Shown here: piece by piece, positions 8,922 through 20,479 of the stretch
Layout of the letters: every line of letters begins with the position of its first letter
Numbering within the stretch: position 1 is the stretch's first letter
NCBI GenBank assembly: GCA_038213805.1
Contig: JBBQSO010000051.1
Span: 1-37,935 of the forward strand
Length of the DNA: 37,935 bases
DNA from: Planctomycetota bacterium
Lineage (GTDB): Bacteria > Planctomycetota > UBA11346
Reading direction: 5' to 3'
Position numbers and translations under genes: made by a program
The notes under the pieces: generated by a model
What the model was told of the DNA's origin: nothing
Database searches by the model: none
Seen by the model: only the letters and a program-made list of their open reading frames with translations

Positions 8922-10031
8922 TCACGCCATCCCGGGTGCGGCGGCTGCGCCCGCGAAGCGATAGGGTTTCCCGGTGCGCGCCGACTCATAGATCCCGGTG
9001 ATGACCTCGATGGCAAGCACACCCTCGTGCGGACTGATCGACGGCTGGCCGCCGCTGCGGATGGCGCGGATCAGGTCCTCGACCTGGGCGCGGTGCTTGG
9101 GGAAGCGCGCCTCGACGTCCTCGGGGTCGGCGCGCGGCGCCACCAGTTCGGCGCGCAGCACGGTGTCGGCGGCGGTGGGGGAGGCGAACTCCCACTGGCT
9201 GAGGCGCTCGCCGCGCACCGCCACGGCGCCAGCAGAGCCGGTGACCGCCACCGTCACCGGCAGCTCGGGATCACAGCTGGTACTGGCCTCGATCACGCCC
9301 ATCGCGCCGCTGGCGAAGCGCAGCACCGCGCAGGCGGTGTCCTCGACCTCGACACCGGGGTGGGTCAAGGTGGCGGTGTAGCCGAAGACCTCGAGCGGCT
9401 GACCCATGAAGTGCACCAGCAGGTCGATGGTGTGGATGGCCTGGTTCATCAGGCAGCCGCCGCCGTCGAGCGCCCAGGTGCCACGCCACGCGCCGCTGCG
9501 GTAGTAGTCCATGGTGCGCTTCCACGGCATGGTCGCGCGCCCGGTCAGCACGCGCCCGAGGCGACCCGCGGTGAGCGCCTCGCGGATCGCCAGCGCCGCC
9601 GCGCCGTAGCGGTTCTGGAACACCGGCAGCAGGATCACGCCGTGGCGCGCGCAGGCCGCGACGATCGCGTTGGCGCGCGGCACGGTGATGTCGAGCGGCT
9701 TTTCGCACAGCACGTGCTTGCCGGCGGCGGCGGCGGCCATGGCATGCTCGGCGTGGTTGCCGGACGGCGTCGCCACCACCACCACCTGCACCCGCTGATC
9801 GGCGAGCAGCTCGGCGATGGTGGCGAAGGCGGTGATGCCGCGCTCCGTGGCGAATGCCGCGCGCTTGGTCTCGTCGCGTGAATGCACGCCGACCAGCAGC
9901 GCGCCCGGCACAGCGCGGATGGCGCGCGCGTGATGGGTGGCGATCATGCCGGTGCCGATGATGGCGAAGCCGACCGGCGGAAGGGCGGCGGTGTCGGCCG
10001 CCGTCGCTGCGGTACTGTTGGTCACGGACAT
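8922..10031 (-). CDS. Gfo/Idh/MocA family NAD(P)-dependent oxidoreductase
   Basis: GFAIIGTGMIA Rossmann motif, GKHVLCEKPL, DGGGCLMNQAIHTIDL, VEVED; GAGGAG immediately upstream of the ATG. Confidence 0.93.
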   Translation of the reverse strand: MSVTNSTAATAADTAALPPVGFAIIGTGMIATHHARAIRAVPGALLVGVHSRDETKRAAFATERGITAFATIAELLADQRVQVVVVATPSGNHAEHAMAAAAAGKHVLCEKPLDITVPRANAIVAACARHGVILLPVFQNRYGAAALAIREALTAGRLGRVLTGRATMPWKRTMDYYRSGAWRGTWALDGGGCLMNQAIHTIDLLVHFMGQPLEVFGYTATLTHPGVEVEDTACAVLRFASGAMGVIEASTSCDPELPVTVAVTGSAGAVAVRGERLSQWEFASPTAADTVLRAELVAPRADPEDVEARFPKHRAQVEDLIRAIRSGGQPSISPHEGVLAIEVITGIYESARTGKPYRFAGAAAAPGMA

Positions 10032-10382
10032 CTCCTCGGCTGATCGTGACGTGATGATGCCGGCTGCTCCGGGCGGGTCGAGGGCGTGCGGACTGCGGCG
10101 AGCGGGGCCGCAGCGGCGGACGAGTGCATGTGCGGGATGCTCCGGAACGGACGATCAGGTTGCGAGGGTGTACCGAGTGTCCGGGCAGTGGTTGCCTGCA
10201 GAAACCGCGAAGTCCCGGGCAGTTTTGCGCCGGCGCGGCCAGAGCGGGCGGCTTTTTGCCGAAAACGCTCCTCGTGTCCGGACTTGAGTGAGTCGCGCGC
10301 GCCCTGCTCACGGAACTCCCCGCTGGCGCTCGCGCTGGGCGCGGCGCTACTGGGCGCGCCGCCATCGACCCAAGGACCGCGC

Positions 10383-11690
10383 ATGATCGACTCCACGCCC
10401 ACCATTCCCGCCAGAGGCCTGCCCAAGGGCGCCTGGATGGCCCTCTTCGCCGCCTTCCTGGGCTGGATGTTCGATGGCGTCGAGATGGGCCTGTTCCCGC
10501 TGGTCAGCAAGCCGGCGTTGGCCGAGCTGATCACGGACGCGAGCCAGCGCCCGCTGTGGAACGGCATCATCATCGCCGCCTTCCTGATCGGCGCCGCCTG
10601 CGGTGGCGCGGTGTTTGGTTGGCTGGGCGACCGCTACGGGCGCGTGCGGGCGCTCTCGTGGACGATCCTCACCTACTCGCTGTTCTCTGGCGCCTGCGGC
10701 TTCGCCCACGACCCGTACACCCTCGCTGGCCTGCGCTTCTGCTCGGCCCTGGGCATGGGCGGCGAGTGGGCCCTGGGCGTGGCCTTGGTCATGGAGGTGT
10801 GGCCGGCGCGCTGGCGGCCGCTGCTCGCCGGCGTGATCGGCGCCGCGCTGAACATCGGCCTGGTGGCCATCGCCGTCGCCGGCCTGTACATCAAGGACCT
10901 TGGCGCCGGCCTCAGCGAGATGGGCCTGGGCGGCGACGCGGTCAGCACGCTGACCGCCAACGGCGGCTGGCGCATGCTTATGATGCTGGGCGCGGCACCG
11001 GCACTGCTGACCTTCGTGCTGACCATATTCGTGCCCGAGTCCAAGGCCTGGGAGCACGCCTCCAAGAAGGCGCCTGCGGCGCGCTTCAGCGAGGTGTTCT
11101 CTGCCGCCCTGCGCAAGCGCACCCTGCTCGCCGCCGGCCTGGCGACGGTCGCGCTGCTGGGCACCTGGGGCTCGGTGCAGATCCTGCCGATCGTCGCCGA
11201 CAGCCTCGACGGCAAGGGCGAATTCACCCGCCAGTGGACCCAGATCTGGTCCGGCTCAGGGTCGGTGGTCGGCGCGCTCATCGCCGCCCTGCTCGCCCAG
11301 GCCATCAACCGGCGCCTGACCTACGCCCTGATGTGCCTGCTCTCGCTCGGGGCCTGCGCCTATCTCTTCCGCAGCCACCAGGTTTATGGCGGCCCGTTCC
11401 TGACCTGGGTGTTCGTGGTCGGCGCCGTCACCGCCAGCTTCTACGGCTGGCTGCCGCTCTACCTGCCCGAGCTCTTCCCGACCCGCCTGCGCGCCGCGGC
11501 CCAGGGCTTCGCCTTCAACGCCGGACGCATCCTCACCGCCGTGGGCGTGGTGGTCTCGAACGCGCTGGTGAGCGGGGTCTTCCATGGCTGCTATGCGGAG
11601 ATGTGCGCGACCGTTTCCTTGGTCTACATCTTCGGACTGGTGGTGATCTGGTTCTGCCCCGAGACCAAGGGCCAGCCGCTGCCGGAATGA
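10383..11690 (+). CDS. MFS transporter
   Basis: Start ATG 10383 (MIDSTP); AAFLGWMFDG, motif A GWLGDRYGRVRAL, GMGGEW, PELFPTRLRA, PETKG; about 12 TM helices. Confidence 0.93.
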   Translation: MIDSTPTIPARGLPKGAWMALFAAFLGWMFDGVEMGLFPLVSKPALAELITDASQRPLWNGIIIAAFLIGAACGGAVFGWLGDRYGRVRALSWTILTYSLFSGACGFAHDPYTLAGLRFCSALGMGGEWALGVALVMEVWPARWRPLLAGVIGAALNIGLVAIAVAGLYIKDLGAGLSEMGLGGDAVSTLTANGGWRMLMMLGAAPALLTFVLTIFVPESKAWEHASKKAPAARFSEVFSAALRKRTLLAAGLATVALLGTWGSVQILPIVADSLDGKGEFTRQWTQIWSGSGSVVGALIAALLAQAINRRLTYALMCLLSLGACAYLFRSHQVYGGPFLTWVFVVGAVTASFYGWLPLYLPELFPTRLRAAAQGFAFNAGRILTAVGVVVSNALVSGVFHGCYAEMCATVSLVYIFGLVVIWFCPETKGQPLPE

Positions 11691-12664
11691 GCTGCGCGCC
11701 TATGCAATCGCCATCTTCGCTGACGGAAAAGCCCACTGGCAACCAGGGTGACCGACCTATCCTGGTCGGGATGCCCAGCCGGCCCCCTGCCCCTGGCCGC
11801 TGCGACCTGCTCGCGGTGGTGCCAGCCTACAACGAGGCCTCGCGTATCGCCCCGGTGGTCGCCGGACTGCTTGAGCAGGGCCTGCCGGTGCTGGTGGTCG
11901 ACGATGGCAGCCGCGACCACACCGCCCAGGCCGCGCGCCGCGCCGGTGCGGCGGTGCTGCGCCGCGCCAACGGCGGCAAGGGTACCGCGATCATCGCCGG
12001 CTGCCGCTGGGCCGTCCAGGAAGGCTACCAGCGCGTGCTGCTGCTCGACGGCGACGGCCAACACGACCCGCGCGAGTCGCGCCAGCTGATCGCCGCCGCC
12101 CGCCGCGGCGCCGACCTGGTGATCGGCAAGCGCATCCTCGACCTTGGCCGCCAGCCCCTGTACCGGCGCGGCTTCAATCTCCTGAGCAGCATCCTGGTCA
12201 CCCTCGACCTTGGCCGCCAGCCCCTGTACCGGCGCGGCTTCAATCGCCTGAGCAGCATCCTGGTCACCCTCGCCGCGGGCCGGCGGGTGGTGGACAGCCA
12301 GAGCGGCTACCGCGTCTGCGACCCGCGCCTGATCCTCAGCCTGCCCCTGGCGGGACGCCGCTATGACCTTGAGACCGAGATGTGCGTGCTCGCCGCGCGC
12401 GCCGGCTGGCGCATCCGCGAGGTGCCGATCACGGTCATCTACAACGACAAGGTCTCGGGCGTCCACCCGCTCTACGACACCCTGCGCTTCTTCCGCGCGG
12501 TGGCGGTCAGCCTGATGCGCTGCCGCGGCAACCGCCGCCTGGGCCCGGCACCGAAGCGTCGCGAGCCGCTGGCCATCGCCCCGTCCGAGCCGCTGCCCAG
12601 CGCCCCCGCCGCGGCCACGGCCCGCGAGAGCAACCGCTTCGCCTGGGTGCCGAGCGCGGGCTGA
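11687..12664 (+). CDS. Glycosyltransferase family 2 (DPM/DPG synthase-like)
   Basis: VVPAYNEA, VVDDGSRD, NGGKG, LDGDGQHDP, DSQSGYR. Start ATG 11687 (ATGA overlap with the MFS stop) or ATG 11771. Confidence 0.9.
   Translation: MSCAPMQSPSSLTEKPTGNQGDRPILVGMPSRPPAPGRCDLLAVVPAYNEASRIAPVVAGLLEQGLPVLVVDDGSRDHTAQAARRAGAAVLRRANGGKGTAIIAGCRWAVQEGYQRVLLLDGDGQHDPRESRQLIAAARRGADLVIGKRILDLGRQPLYRRGFNLLSSILVTLDLGRQPLYRRGFNRLSSILVTLAAGRRVVDSQSGYRVCDPRLILSLPLAGRRYDLETEMCVLAARAGWRIREVPITVIYNDKVSGVHPLYDTLRFFRAVAVSLMRCRGNRRLGPAPKRREPLAIAPSEPLPSAPAAATARESNRFAWVPSAG
12136..12267 (+). repeat. 66-bp tandem duplication inside the GT2 gene
   Basis: 12136-12201 and 12202-12267 are identical except for one base (AATCTCCTG vs AATCGCCTG); encodes LDLGRQPLYRRGFN(L/R)LSSILVT twice. 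Confidence 0.95.
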
Positions 12665-12716
12665 GTCCATCCCCAGGCGCCGGTTGGCGCCGGCGGCGCG
12701 CCCCTATGGTGCGCCC

Positions 12717-14648
<1,932 letters not shown>

Positions 14649-14740
14649 TTCCCGCCTTCCCGAGTCACGGGTCCCGGCCGGCGCGTCGCCCGTCACCCCT
14701 CCGCTCTTTCCCGCTCCCCGCGCCCCGGCACCATGCGCCC

Positions 14741-16027
14741 ATGGAACACGCCGCCCGCGACCTCTGTACCTTCATCGATGCCGCGCCCAGTTCTGCGCAC
14801 GCCGCGCAGGCCCTGGCCGACCGCCTGCTCGCCGCCGGCTTCCACGAGCTCGACGCGCGCGCCCCGCAGTGGCAGCTTGCCGCCGGCCGTTTCCTGGTGC
14901 GGCGCGGCGCCACCGTCATCGCCTTCATCCTGCGCGGCGCCGGCCCGCCACAGCATTTCCGCCTGATCGGCGCGCACACCGACTCGCCGCACCTGCGCCT
15001 GAAGCCGCGCGCCGCCTATCACTGCGAGGGCTGCCGCCAGTTCGGCGTCGAGGTCTACGGCGGGGCGCTGCTCAACAGCTGGCTCGACCGCGACCTCGGC
15101 CTGGCCGGCACCGTGCACACCGCTGACGGCGCGCGCCACCTGGTGCGTCTGCACCGCCCGCTCGCGCGCGTCGCCCAGCTCGCCATCCATCTCGACCGCA
15201 AGATCACCGATGACGGGCTGCGGCTCAATCCGCAGCTGCACCTCGCGCCGCTGTGGGGCCTGGCAGGCGACGAGAAGAATGGGCAGGAAGAGGCGGATGC
15301 GGCATTCGCCGCGCTACTCGCCACGGCCGGCATCCCGGCGGGCGAAATCGTCGCGCACGATCTCGCGCTGTATGACCTCACCGCCAGCACCCTCGGCGGG
15401 GCGGCCGAGGAATTCATCTTCGCACCGCGCCTCGACAACCTCGCCTCGTGTCACGCTGGACTAGCCGCACTGCTGGCAGCCGGCGACGGCGACGCGGCGA
15501 CGGTTCCGGTTCTTGCCTGCTTCGACCATGAAGAGGTCGGTTCGGGCAGCGACACCGGCGCCGACGGCCCGCTGCTCGGCGCGGTGCTGGAGCGCATCGC
15601 CCTGGAACGCGGACTGGGCCGCGCGGCCTTCCTCGCCGCACTCGCGAGCAGCGCCCTGATCAGTGCGGACATGGCGCACGCCGTGCATCCCAACTACGCC
15701 GACCGCCACGAGCCGCGCCACAAACCACGCCTGGGCGGCGGCCCGGTACTCAAGAGCAACGCCAACGTACGTTATGCCACCACCGCGGATTCGGCTGCGG
15801 CCCTGCGCGCAATGGCGAAGCGCGCCGACGTCACGCTGCAGGACTTCGTGGTGCGCAGCGATCTGGGCTGCGGCTCGACCATCGGCCCCGCCACCGCCGC
15901 GCGCCTCGGCCTATCCGTGGTCGACGTCGGCAACCCGATGCTGTCGATGCACAGTGCGCGCGAGTGCGCCGCGAGCGCCGACCACGCGCCGTACATCCGC
16001 CTGCTCACCGAACACCTGCGGGGGTGA
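14741..16027 (+). CDS. M18 family (aspartyl) aminopeptidase
   Basis: GAHTDSP, EVYGGALLNSWLDRDLGLAG, RLDNLASC, FDHEEVGS, SADMAHAVHPNY, CGSTIGP, LSMHSARE. Confidence 0.95.
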   Translation: MEHAARDLCTFIDAAPSSAHAAQALADRLLAAGFHELDARAPQWQLAAGRFLVRRGATVIAFILRGAGPPQHFRLIGAHTDSPHLRLKPRAAYHCEGCRQFGVEVYGGALLNSWLDRDLGLAGTVHTADGARHLVRLHRPLARVAQLAIHLDRKITDDGLRLNPQLHLAPLWGLAGDEKNGQEEADAAFAALLATAGIPAGEIVAHDLALYDLTASTLGGAAEEFIFAPRLDNLASCHAGLAALLAAGDGDAATVPVLACFDHEEVGSGSDTGADGPLLGAVLERIALERGLGRAAFLAALASSALISADMAHAVHPNYADRHEPRHKPRLGGGPVLKSNANVRYATTADSAAALRAMAKRADVTLQDFVVRSDLGCGSTIGPATAARLGLSVVDVGNPMLSMHSARECAASADHAPYIRLLTEHLRG

Positions 16028-16046
16028 GGGGACATACAGAGAGATT

Positions 16047-16163
16047 GAACAGGAGGCACGGAGGCGCGGAGGGCAGAGGAGGACAGCCCGTGGGGGTTCG
16101 GCACAGCGGGTCACAGGCAGGCCAGCAAGGCGCTTGGAGCAACCTCCTCCGCGTCTCCTATTC
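16047..16163. repeat. Imperfect inverted repeat between convergent genes
   Basis: GAACAGGAGGCACGGAGG (16047-16064) versus CCTCCGCGTCTCCTATTC (16146-16163): 15 of 18 positions complementary. Confidence 0.45.
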
Positions 16164-16190
16164 AGTCCTGCTGTCCGGTGCCCTGATGCC

Positions 16191-17510
16191 TCAGGCGAAT
16201 TCGTTGTAGATCGCGCGGATCGCCGTGGCCAGGTCGGCCTCCTCGACGCCGACGATGATGTTCTGCTCGCTCGAGCCCTGGTCGATCATGCGCACGTTCA
16301 CGCGCGCCTTGGCGAGTGCGGAAAACAGCCGCGCCGCAGTGCCGACCGCGTGGTTCATGCCCTGGCCGACGGTGGCGATCAACGCCATCCGCGCCGTCAC
16401 CTTGAGCGAGTCCGGCTTCAGGGCCGCCTGCAGATCCTCGAGCACCTCGTCGAGACGGTTGCCGAGCTGCTTGTCGGCGACCACCACCGACATGGTGTCG
16501 ATGCCGGTCGGGGTGTGCTCGTAGCTGATGCCCAGGCGCTCGAAGACGTCGAGCACGCGCCGGCCGAAGCCGACCTCGGCGTTCATCAGCGCCTTTTCGA
16601 GGTGCACCACGGTGAAGCCCTTGGTGCCGGCGATGCCCACCACCACCTGGTGGCCAGGGTCGCGGTCGGCGACGATCATGGTGCCGGGGTCCGCGGGCAG
16701 GTTGGTGTTGCGGATGTTGATCGGGATGCCCTTCTCGCGCACCGGGAAGACCGCTTCCTCGTGCAGCACGCTGGCGCCCATGTAGGACAGTTCGCGCAGC
16801 TCGCGGTAGGTGATCTCGACGATCGGCTTGGCCTCGGCGACCACGCGCGGATCGGTCATCAGCACGCCCGAAACGTCAGTCCAGTTCTCGTAGAGCGCCA
16901 CGCCCAGGGCGTTGGCCACGATCGCCCCGGTGACGTCCGATCCGCCGCGGCTGAAGGTCTTGATCTCGCCGTGGGGGTCGCGGCCGTAGAAGCCGGGGAT
17001 CACGTAGCGGCCGGGCCCGGCGCAGCGCGTGGCGATCAGCTGGTACGTGCGCGGGTCGAGGCGCCCGGCGCGGTCGAACAGCACCACTTCGGCGGCATCG
17101 ACGTACTCGGCGCCGAGCAGCGCTGCGAGCACCCGCCCGTGGATCGCTTCGCCGCGGCTGGCGGCGTAGTCGGCGTTGGCGCCGCCCTCGATGCGCGCCT
17201 TGGCCTCGGCCAGCACCGGGCGCAGGTCGAGATCCAGGCCGAGGTCGGCGACGATGCCGATGAAGCGCCGGGCGATGCCGTCCCACACCGGTCCCAACGG
17301 CTGGCCCTGGGCGGCAAGCTGCTGGGTCAGGTAGAGCAGGTCGGTGACCTTGGTATCCTTGCTGTCGGCCTTGCCCGGCGCCGACGGCACGATGAAGCGC
17401 CGCGCCGGATCGGCGTCGATGATGGCCTGGACCTTGCGCAGCTGGGCGGCGGTGGCGACGGAGGTGCCCCCGAACTTGGCGACTTTCGCGGGCGACACGG
17501 CGGTTGGCAC
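16191..17510 (-). CDS. lysC: Aspartate kinase
   Basis: KVAKFGGTS, VPSAPGK, TFSRGGSDVTG, YENWTDVSG, YRELRELSYMGASVLH, C-terminal ACT domains. Confidence 0.95.
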   Translation of the reverse strand: MPTAVSPAKVAKFGGTSVATAAQLRKVQAIIDADPARRFIVPSAPGKADSKDTKVTDLLYLTQQLAAQGQPLGPVWDGIARRFIGIVADLGLDLDLRPVLAEAKARIEGGANADYAASRGEAIHGRVLAALLGAEYVDAAEVVLFDRAGRLDPRTYQLIATRCAGPGRYVIPGFYGRDPHGEIKTFSRGGSDVTGAIVANALGVALYENWTDVSGVLMTDPRVVAEAKPIVEITYRELRELSYMGASVLHEEAVFPVREKGIPINIRNTNLPADPGTMIVADRDPGHQVVVGIAGTKGFTVVHLEKALMNAEVGFGRRVLDVFERLGISYEHTPTGIDTMSVVVADKQLGNRLDEVLEDLQAALKPDSLKVTARMALIATVGQGMNHAVGTAARLFSALAKARVNVRMIDQGSSEQNIIVGVEEADLATAIRAIYNEFA

Positions 17511-17634
17511 GGCTCGGCACTCCTGGTCCGCCCCGTCGGGGCGAAGCGCGGGAGGTTAACCGGGGCGCGGAAAAGTCACGGCCGAACCCGGCGTCGGAGA
17601 CGTGTAGTGCCCCCGCGCCAGCCCCTGCCGCAGC

Positions 17635-20451
17635 TCAACGCGTCATCACCACATACGAGTAGTTCACCTGCCGCGACAAGGCGATGCCGTACGGCGCGTA
17701 GGGCGGCGTGCCCGCGCTGCTCAGCAGGTCGTTGTTGAAGGTGATGTGCCGGGTCGGGGCGCCGTAGAGGTTGGGCGCCGGCGAGCTGCGGTCGGTCGGG
17801 ATGTCGCTGCCGGGGGTGCCCGTGCGGCTGTTACCGCAGTTGAAACCGCAGCCGTAGCGCCGCCCGTTGAGCACCACGATGCTGCCCTTGAAGTAGTAGT
17901 CCGTGCCACCCCAGTCCTCGAGGTACCACGCAAAGGTGTGCACCGACGCGTCATCGGTCGCGACCGATTGCACGGTCGGCATGTTGTTCACCACCAGGGC
18001 GACGTTGTAGGTCGTGGTGGCACCGCCGGTCATGCCGTTGTACCAGGTGCCCGCGCCGGGTGCCTCGACGCTGTTGTTGCTGGCGTCGCTCCAGTTGTTG
18101 GTCAGCACCGTGGCCATATCGCACATCACCGCCACCGGGGTGGTCTGCTGCACGCCCGCAGTGTCGGCGTGCGTCTGGGTATTGAAGTCCCCCTGGAAGA
18201 ACAGCTGGTTGGGCGTGACCACGGTGAGCTTGCTGGTGCCGAGCGGGTTGGTTGCGGCGATGTGATTCCAGCTGATGTCCGAGGCCTGGGCCAGGCGCAC
18301 GGCGGCGTTGAAGCCGAAGTGCGGCGCCGCCTCGAAGCCGTTCGGCTTCACGCCGGTGGGATTCGTAGTCGCATCGTAGGCGTTGCGGTTCTGGCGGTTG
18401 ACGAAGATCAGCCCGTTGAAGTGGCTGCGGATCGGGTCCGTGCCGGGGGCGGCCGCGCCGTTGATGGTCGTGCCGAAATAGGCGCGCCCCGCGTTGTTGC
18501 TGTCGGAATTATTGTTCCAGTTGGTCGTGGTCGAGTCATTGAGATTCTGCAGGGTGGCATTGCGCAGCATGTTTTGAATCGCGTTCCAGTTGAGCGTCAA
18601 AATGCTCTGCTGCGGCATCGACGCCGCGTTGTACTTGCCCTGGGCCCAATATTCGCGGCGATTGTAGATGGCGTCGTCGGTGGCGGTCGGGTAGATGGCG
18701 GACACCACACCGCCGGTGTAGACGTAGAGATCGCGTGCGTGGTAGAAAAACGCGTTGGAGATGTCGAGGCGCCCGAGATTGGCTTGGTACTGGCTGGCCA
18801 TGAAGTTGGAGTAGGTGTAGCGCATGTACCAGTAGGTAATCCAGCCGTTGTTATCGCTGGGGGTGGCGTTGAGGTCGGCGAGCGCCTGGTTGTACTGGGC
18901 CACAGTGGGGAACGGAGGCGCCGTCTGGCGCGTGGCGGTATTGGCCACGCCCGGGTCCCAAGACCAGGTCCGCGTCGGCGCGGCAACTGGGCCGCCGATG
19001 GTGCATTTCCACCAGCCGTACTGCGTCGGACGCTCACGGATGACCAGCCCGGCGACCACCGGGATCACCTCCTGCGTGGGGGTCGGCGTGGAGGTCGTGG
19101 TCGGGAAGTTCTGCATGTGGTAGAGGAAGGCCGACGGCACCTGGGGCGGGGAGAGCGACGCGGTGGCAAGGTTCGCAGGGCTGGTTTCCTTGGTCCAGCC
19201 CACGCCACCGGCCTCTTTCTGGCCCAGGCAATAGCTGACGTACACGCCATTGGCCAGATAGTTGGCGTCGAAGCCGGCGCTGCCCTCCACAACCTGCGGC
19301 GGCGGTACCTGGGCCATGGTCGCGGACTGCCATGAGCTGCGCTTCCGGGCCTGTTCGAGGATACCGGCCGCATCGCTGAGCCGCACCGGCTCGGTCGGAC
19401 GGCCCGCCAGCTCGGGGATGTTGGACAGGGTCTTGACCACCGTGGCGCCGGTGACGCTGGTGCGCACGTAGCCGCCCCAGGTGGTCAGCGAGTTGGTCTT
19501 GAAGCTGGCGTCACCGCGCGAATCACTGGTGTAGGTCATCGCGGTACCGTTGATGGTGCGCGCGCTGCCGCCGGTATAGAACAGGCTGGAATCGGTGATC
19601 TTGGTCGGATCCGGGTTGTTGGGATCGAACGCGGCGGGGTAGCCGGAACCGCCATGATTGTAGTAGTTGTAGCGCTTGTTCATCAGAAAGACGCCATTGA
19701 CCGCGGTCACCGTCACCTTGGTGCCGGCGCTGCCGATGATGGTCTGGCCACCGGCGTTGACGCCCGCGGTGGTGTTGGACGGGCTGGGGCAGTTGCTGCC
19801 GCCCATGTACAGCGCGCCGTTGGTGTGGATACCGCCGAGGACGCTGAGGTTGGGGCCGTGCGCGAACTCGATGTCCCCGGCCGGGCCGGTCTGCCCGTAG
19901 AAGATCGCGTAGCGGAAGAGCATCGAGCGCGACATCTGCACGACGCGCACCGCCTGGGCCTTGCAGCGCTGGACGCCGTTCTCGGAATAGACCGCCTCAG
20001 TAGCGATGCGGTAATGGTAGAGGTCGGTATTCTGCAGTTGCGGCGACGAGGGCAGGGCCGCATTCGGGTCGGGGTCGGGATTGGCCACGAACTGGTAGCT
20101 TGCATTGGCCGGGTCCAGCGGAGTTCCAACCATCACCGGTTCGATGCGCCACTTCACCTGGCAGTCGCCGAAGAAATTCTGCCCATAGGTCGAGGTCCAG
20201 ATGTTCAGCGCGAAGAAGTCGCCCGCCGAGAGTCGATTGGACAGGTCGGTCTCGTGACTGCTGCACACCGCCTCGGCGGCGGCCACCGTCTTCTGCTCGA
20301 TGAGCTTCGCCCGCAGCAGCTTGAAGCTGCCGCTCACGCTGTCCGACGAGCGCATCAGCATGGCCACGCTGGCGACCATGACGACCATGGCGACGACCAG
20401 GGCGCTGCCCCGGCGGGACCCATTGCGGCGTGCGGCGATGCTGATGTTCAT
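17635..20451 (-). CDS. Large PilX/GspK-like minor pilin (putative pilus tip adhesin)
   Basis: N-terminus RRG-SALVVAMVVMVASVAML is a class III signal without E5; LFRYAIFY...GGIHTNGALY; C-terminal YLEDWGG...GSIVVL...YGAPTRHITFNNDL...PPYAP; Thr/Asn/Ser-rich body. Confidence 0.7.
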   Translation of the reverse strand: MNISIAARRNGSRRGSALVVAMVVMVASVAMLMRSSDSVSGSFKLLRAKLIEQKTVAAAEAVCSSHETDLSNRLSAGDFFALNIWTSTYGQNFFGDCQVKWRIEPVMVGTPLDPANASYQFVANPDPDPNAALPSSPQLQNTDLYHYRIATEAVYSENGVQRCKAQAVRVVQMSRSMLFRYAIFYGQTGPAGDIEFAHGPNLSVLGGIHTNGALYMGGSNCPSPSNTTAGVNAGGQTIIGSAGTKVTVTAVNGVFLMNKRYNYYNHGGSGYPAAFDPNNPDPTKITDSSLFYTGGSARTINGTAMTYTSDSRGDASFKTNSLTTWGGYVRTSVTGATVVKTLSNIPELAGRPTEPVRLSDAAGILEQARKRSSWQSATMAQVPPPQVVEGSAGFDANYLANGVYVSYCLGQKEAGGVGWTKETSPANLATASLSPPQVPSAFLYHMQNFPTTTSTPTPTQEVIPVVAGLVIRERPTQYGWWKCTIGGPVAAPTRTWSWDPGVANTATRQTAPPFPTVAQYNQALADLNATPSDNNGWITYWYMRYTYSNFMASQYQANLGRLDISNAFFYHARDLYVYTGGVVSAIYPTATDDAIYNRREYWAQGKYNAASMPQQSILTLNWNAIQNMLRNATLQNLNDSTTTNWNNNSDSNNAGRAYFGTTINGAAAPGTDPIRSHFNGLIFVNRQNRNAYDATTNPTGVKPNGFEAAPHFGFNAAVRLAQASDISWNHIAATNPLGTSKLTVVTPNQLFFQGDFNTQTHADTAGVQQTTPVAVMCDMATVLTNNWSDASNNSVEAPGAGTWYNGMTGGATTTYNVALVVNNMPTVQSVATDDASVHTFAWYLEDWGGTDYYFKGSIVVLNGRRYGCGFNCGNSRTGTPGSDIPTDRSSPAPNLYGAPTRHITFNNDLLSSAGTPPYAPYGIALSRQVNYSYVVMTR

Positions 20452-20479
20452 GGCTGGTTCCTCTGCGTCTGGGGTCGGT

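Noticed and set aside
7310..9022. N-terminal extension of the 1506-aa ORF 4502..9022
   Set aside because: It is the antisense shadow of the 7790-8788 membrane gene plus intergenic DNA; a signal peptide begins at ATG 7309.
10556..11686. Apparent 702-aa fusion upstream of the GT2 domain
   Set aside because: Alternative-frame overlap with the MFS gene; GT2 homology starts only after 11687.
17511..17634. Lysine riboswitch upstream of aspartate kinase
   Set aside because: The spacer is only 124 bp and shows no recognisable L-box motifs.
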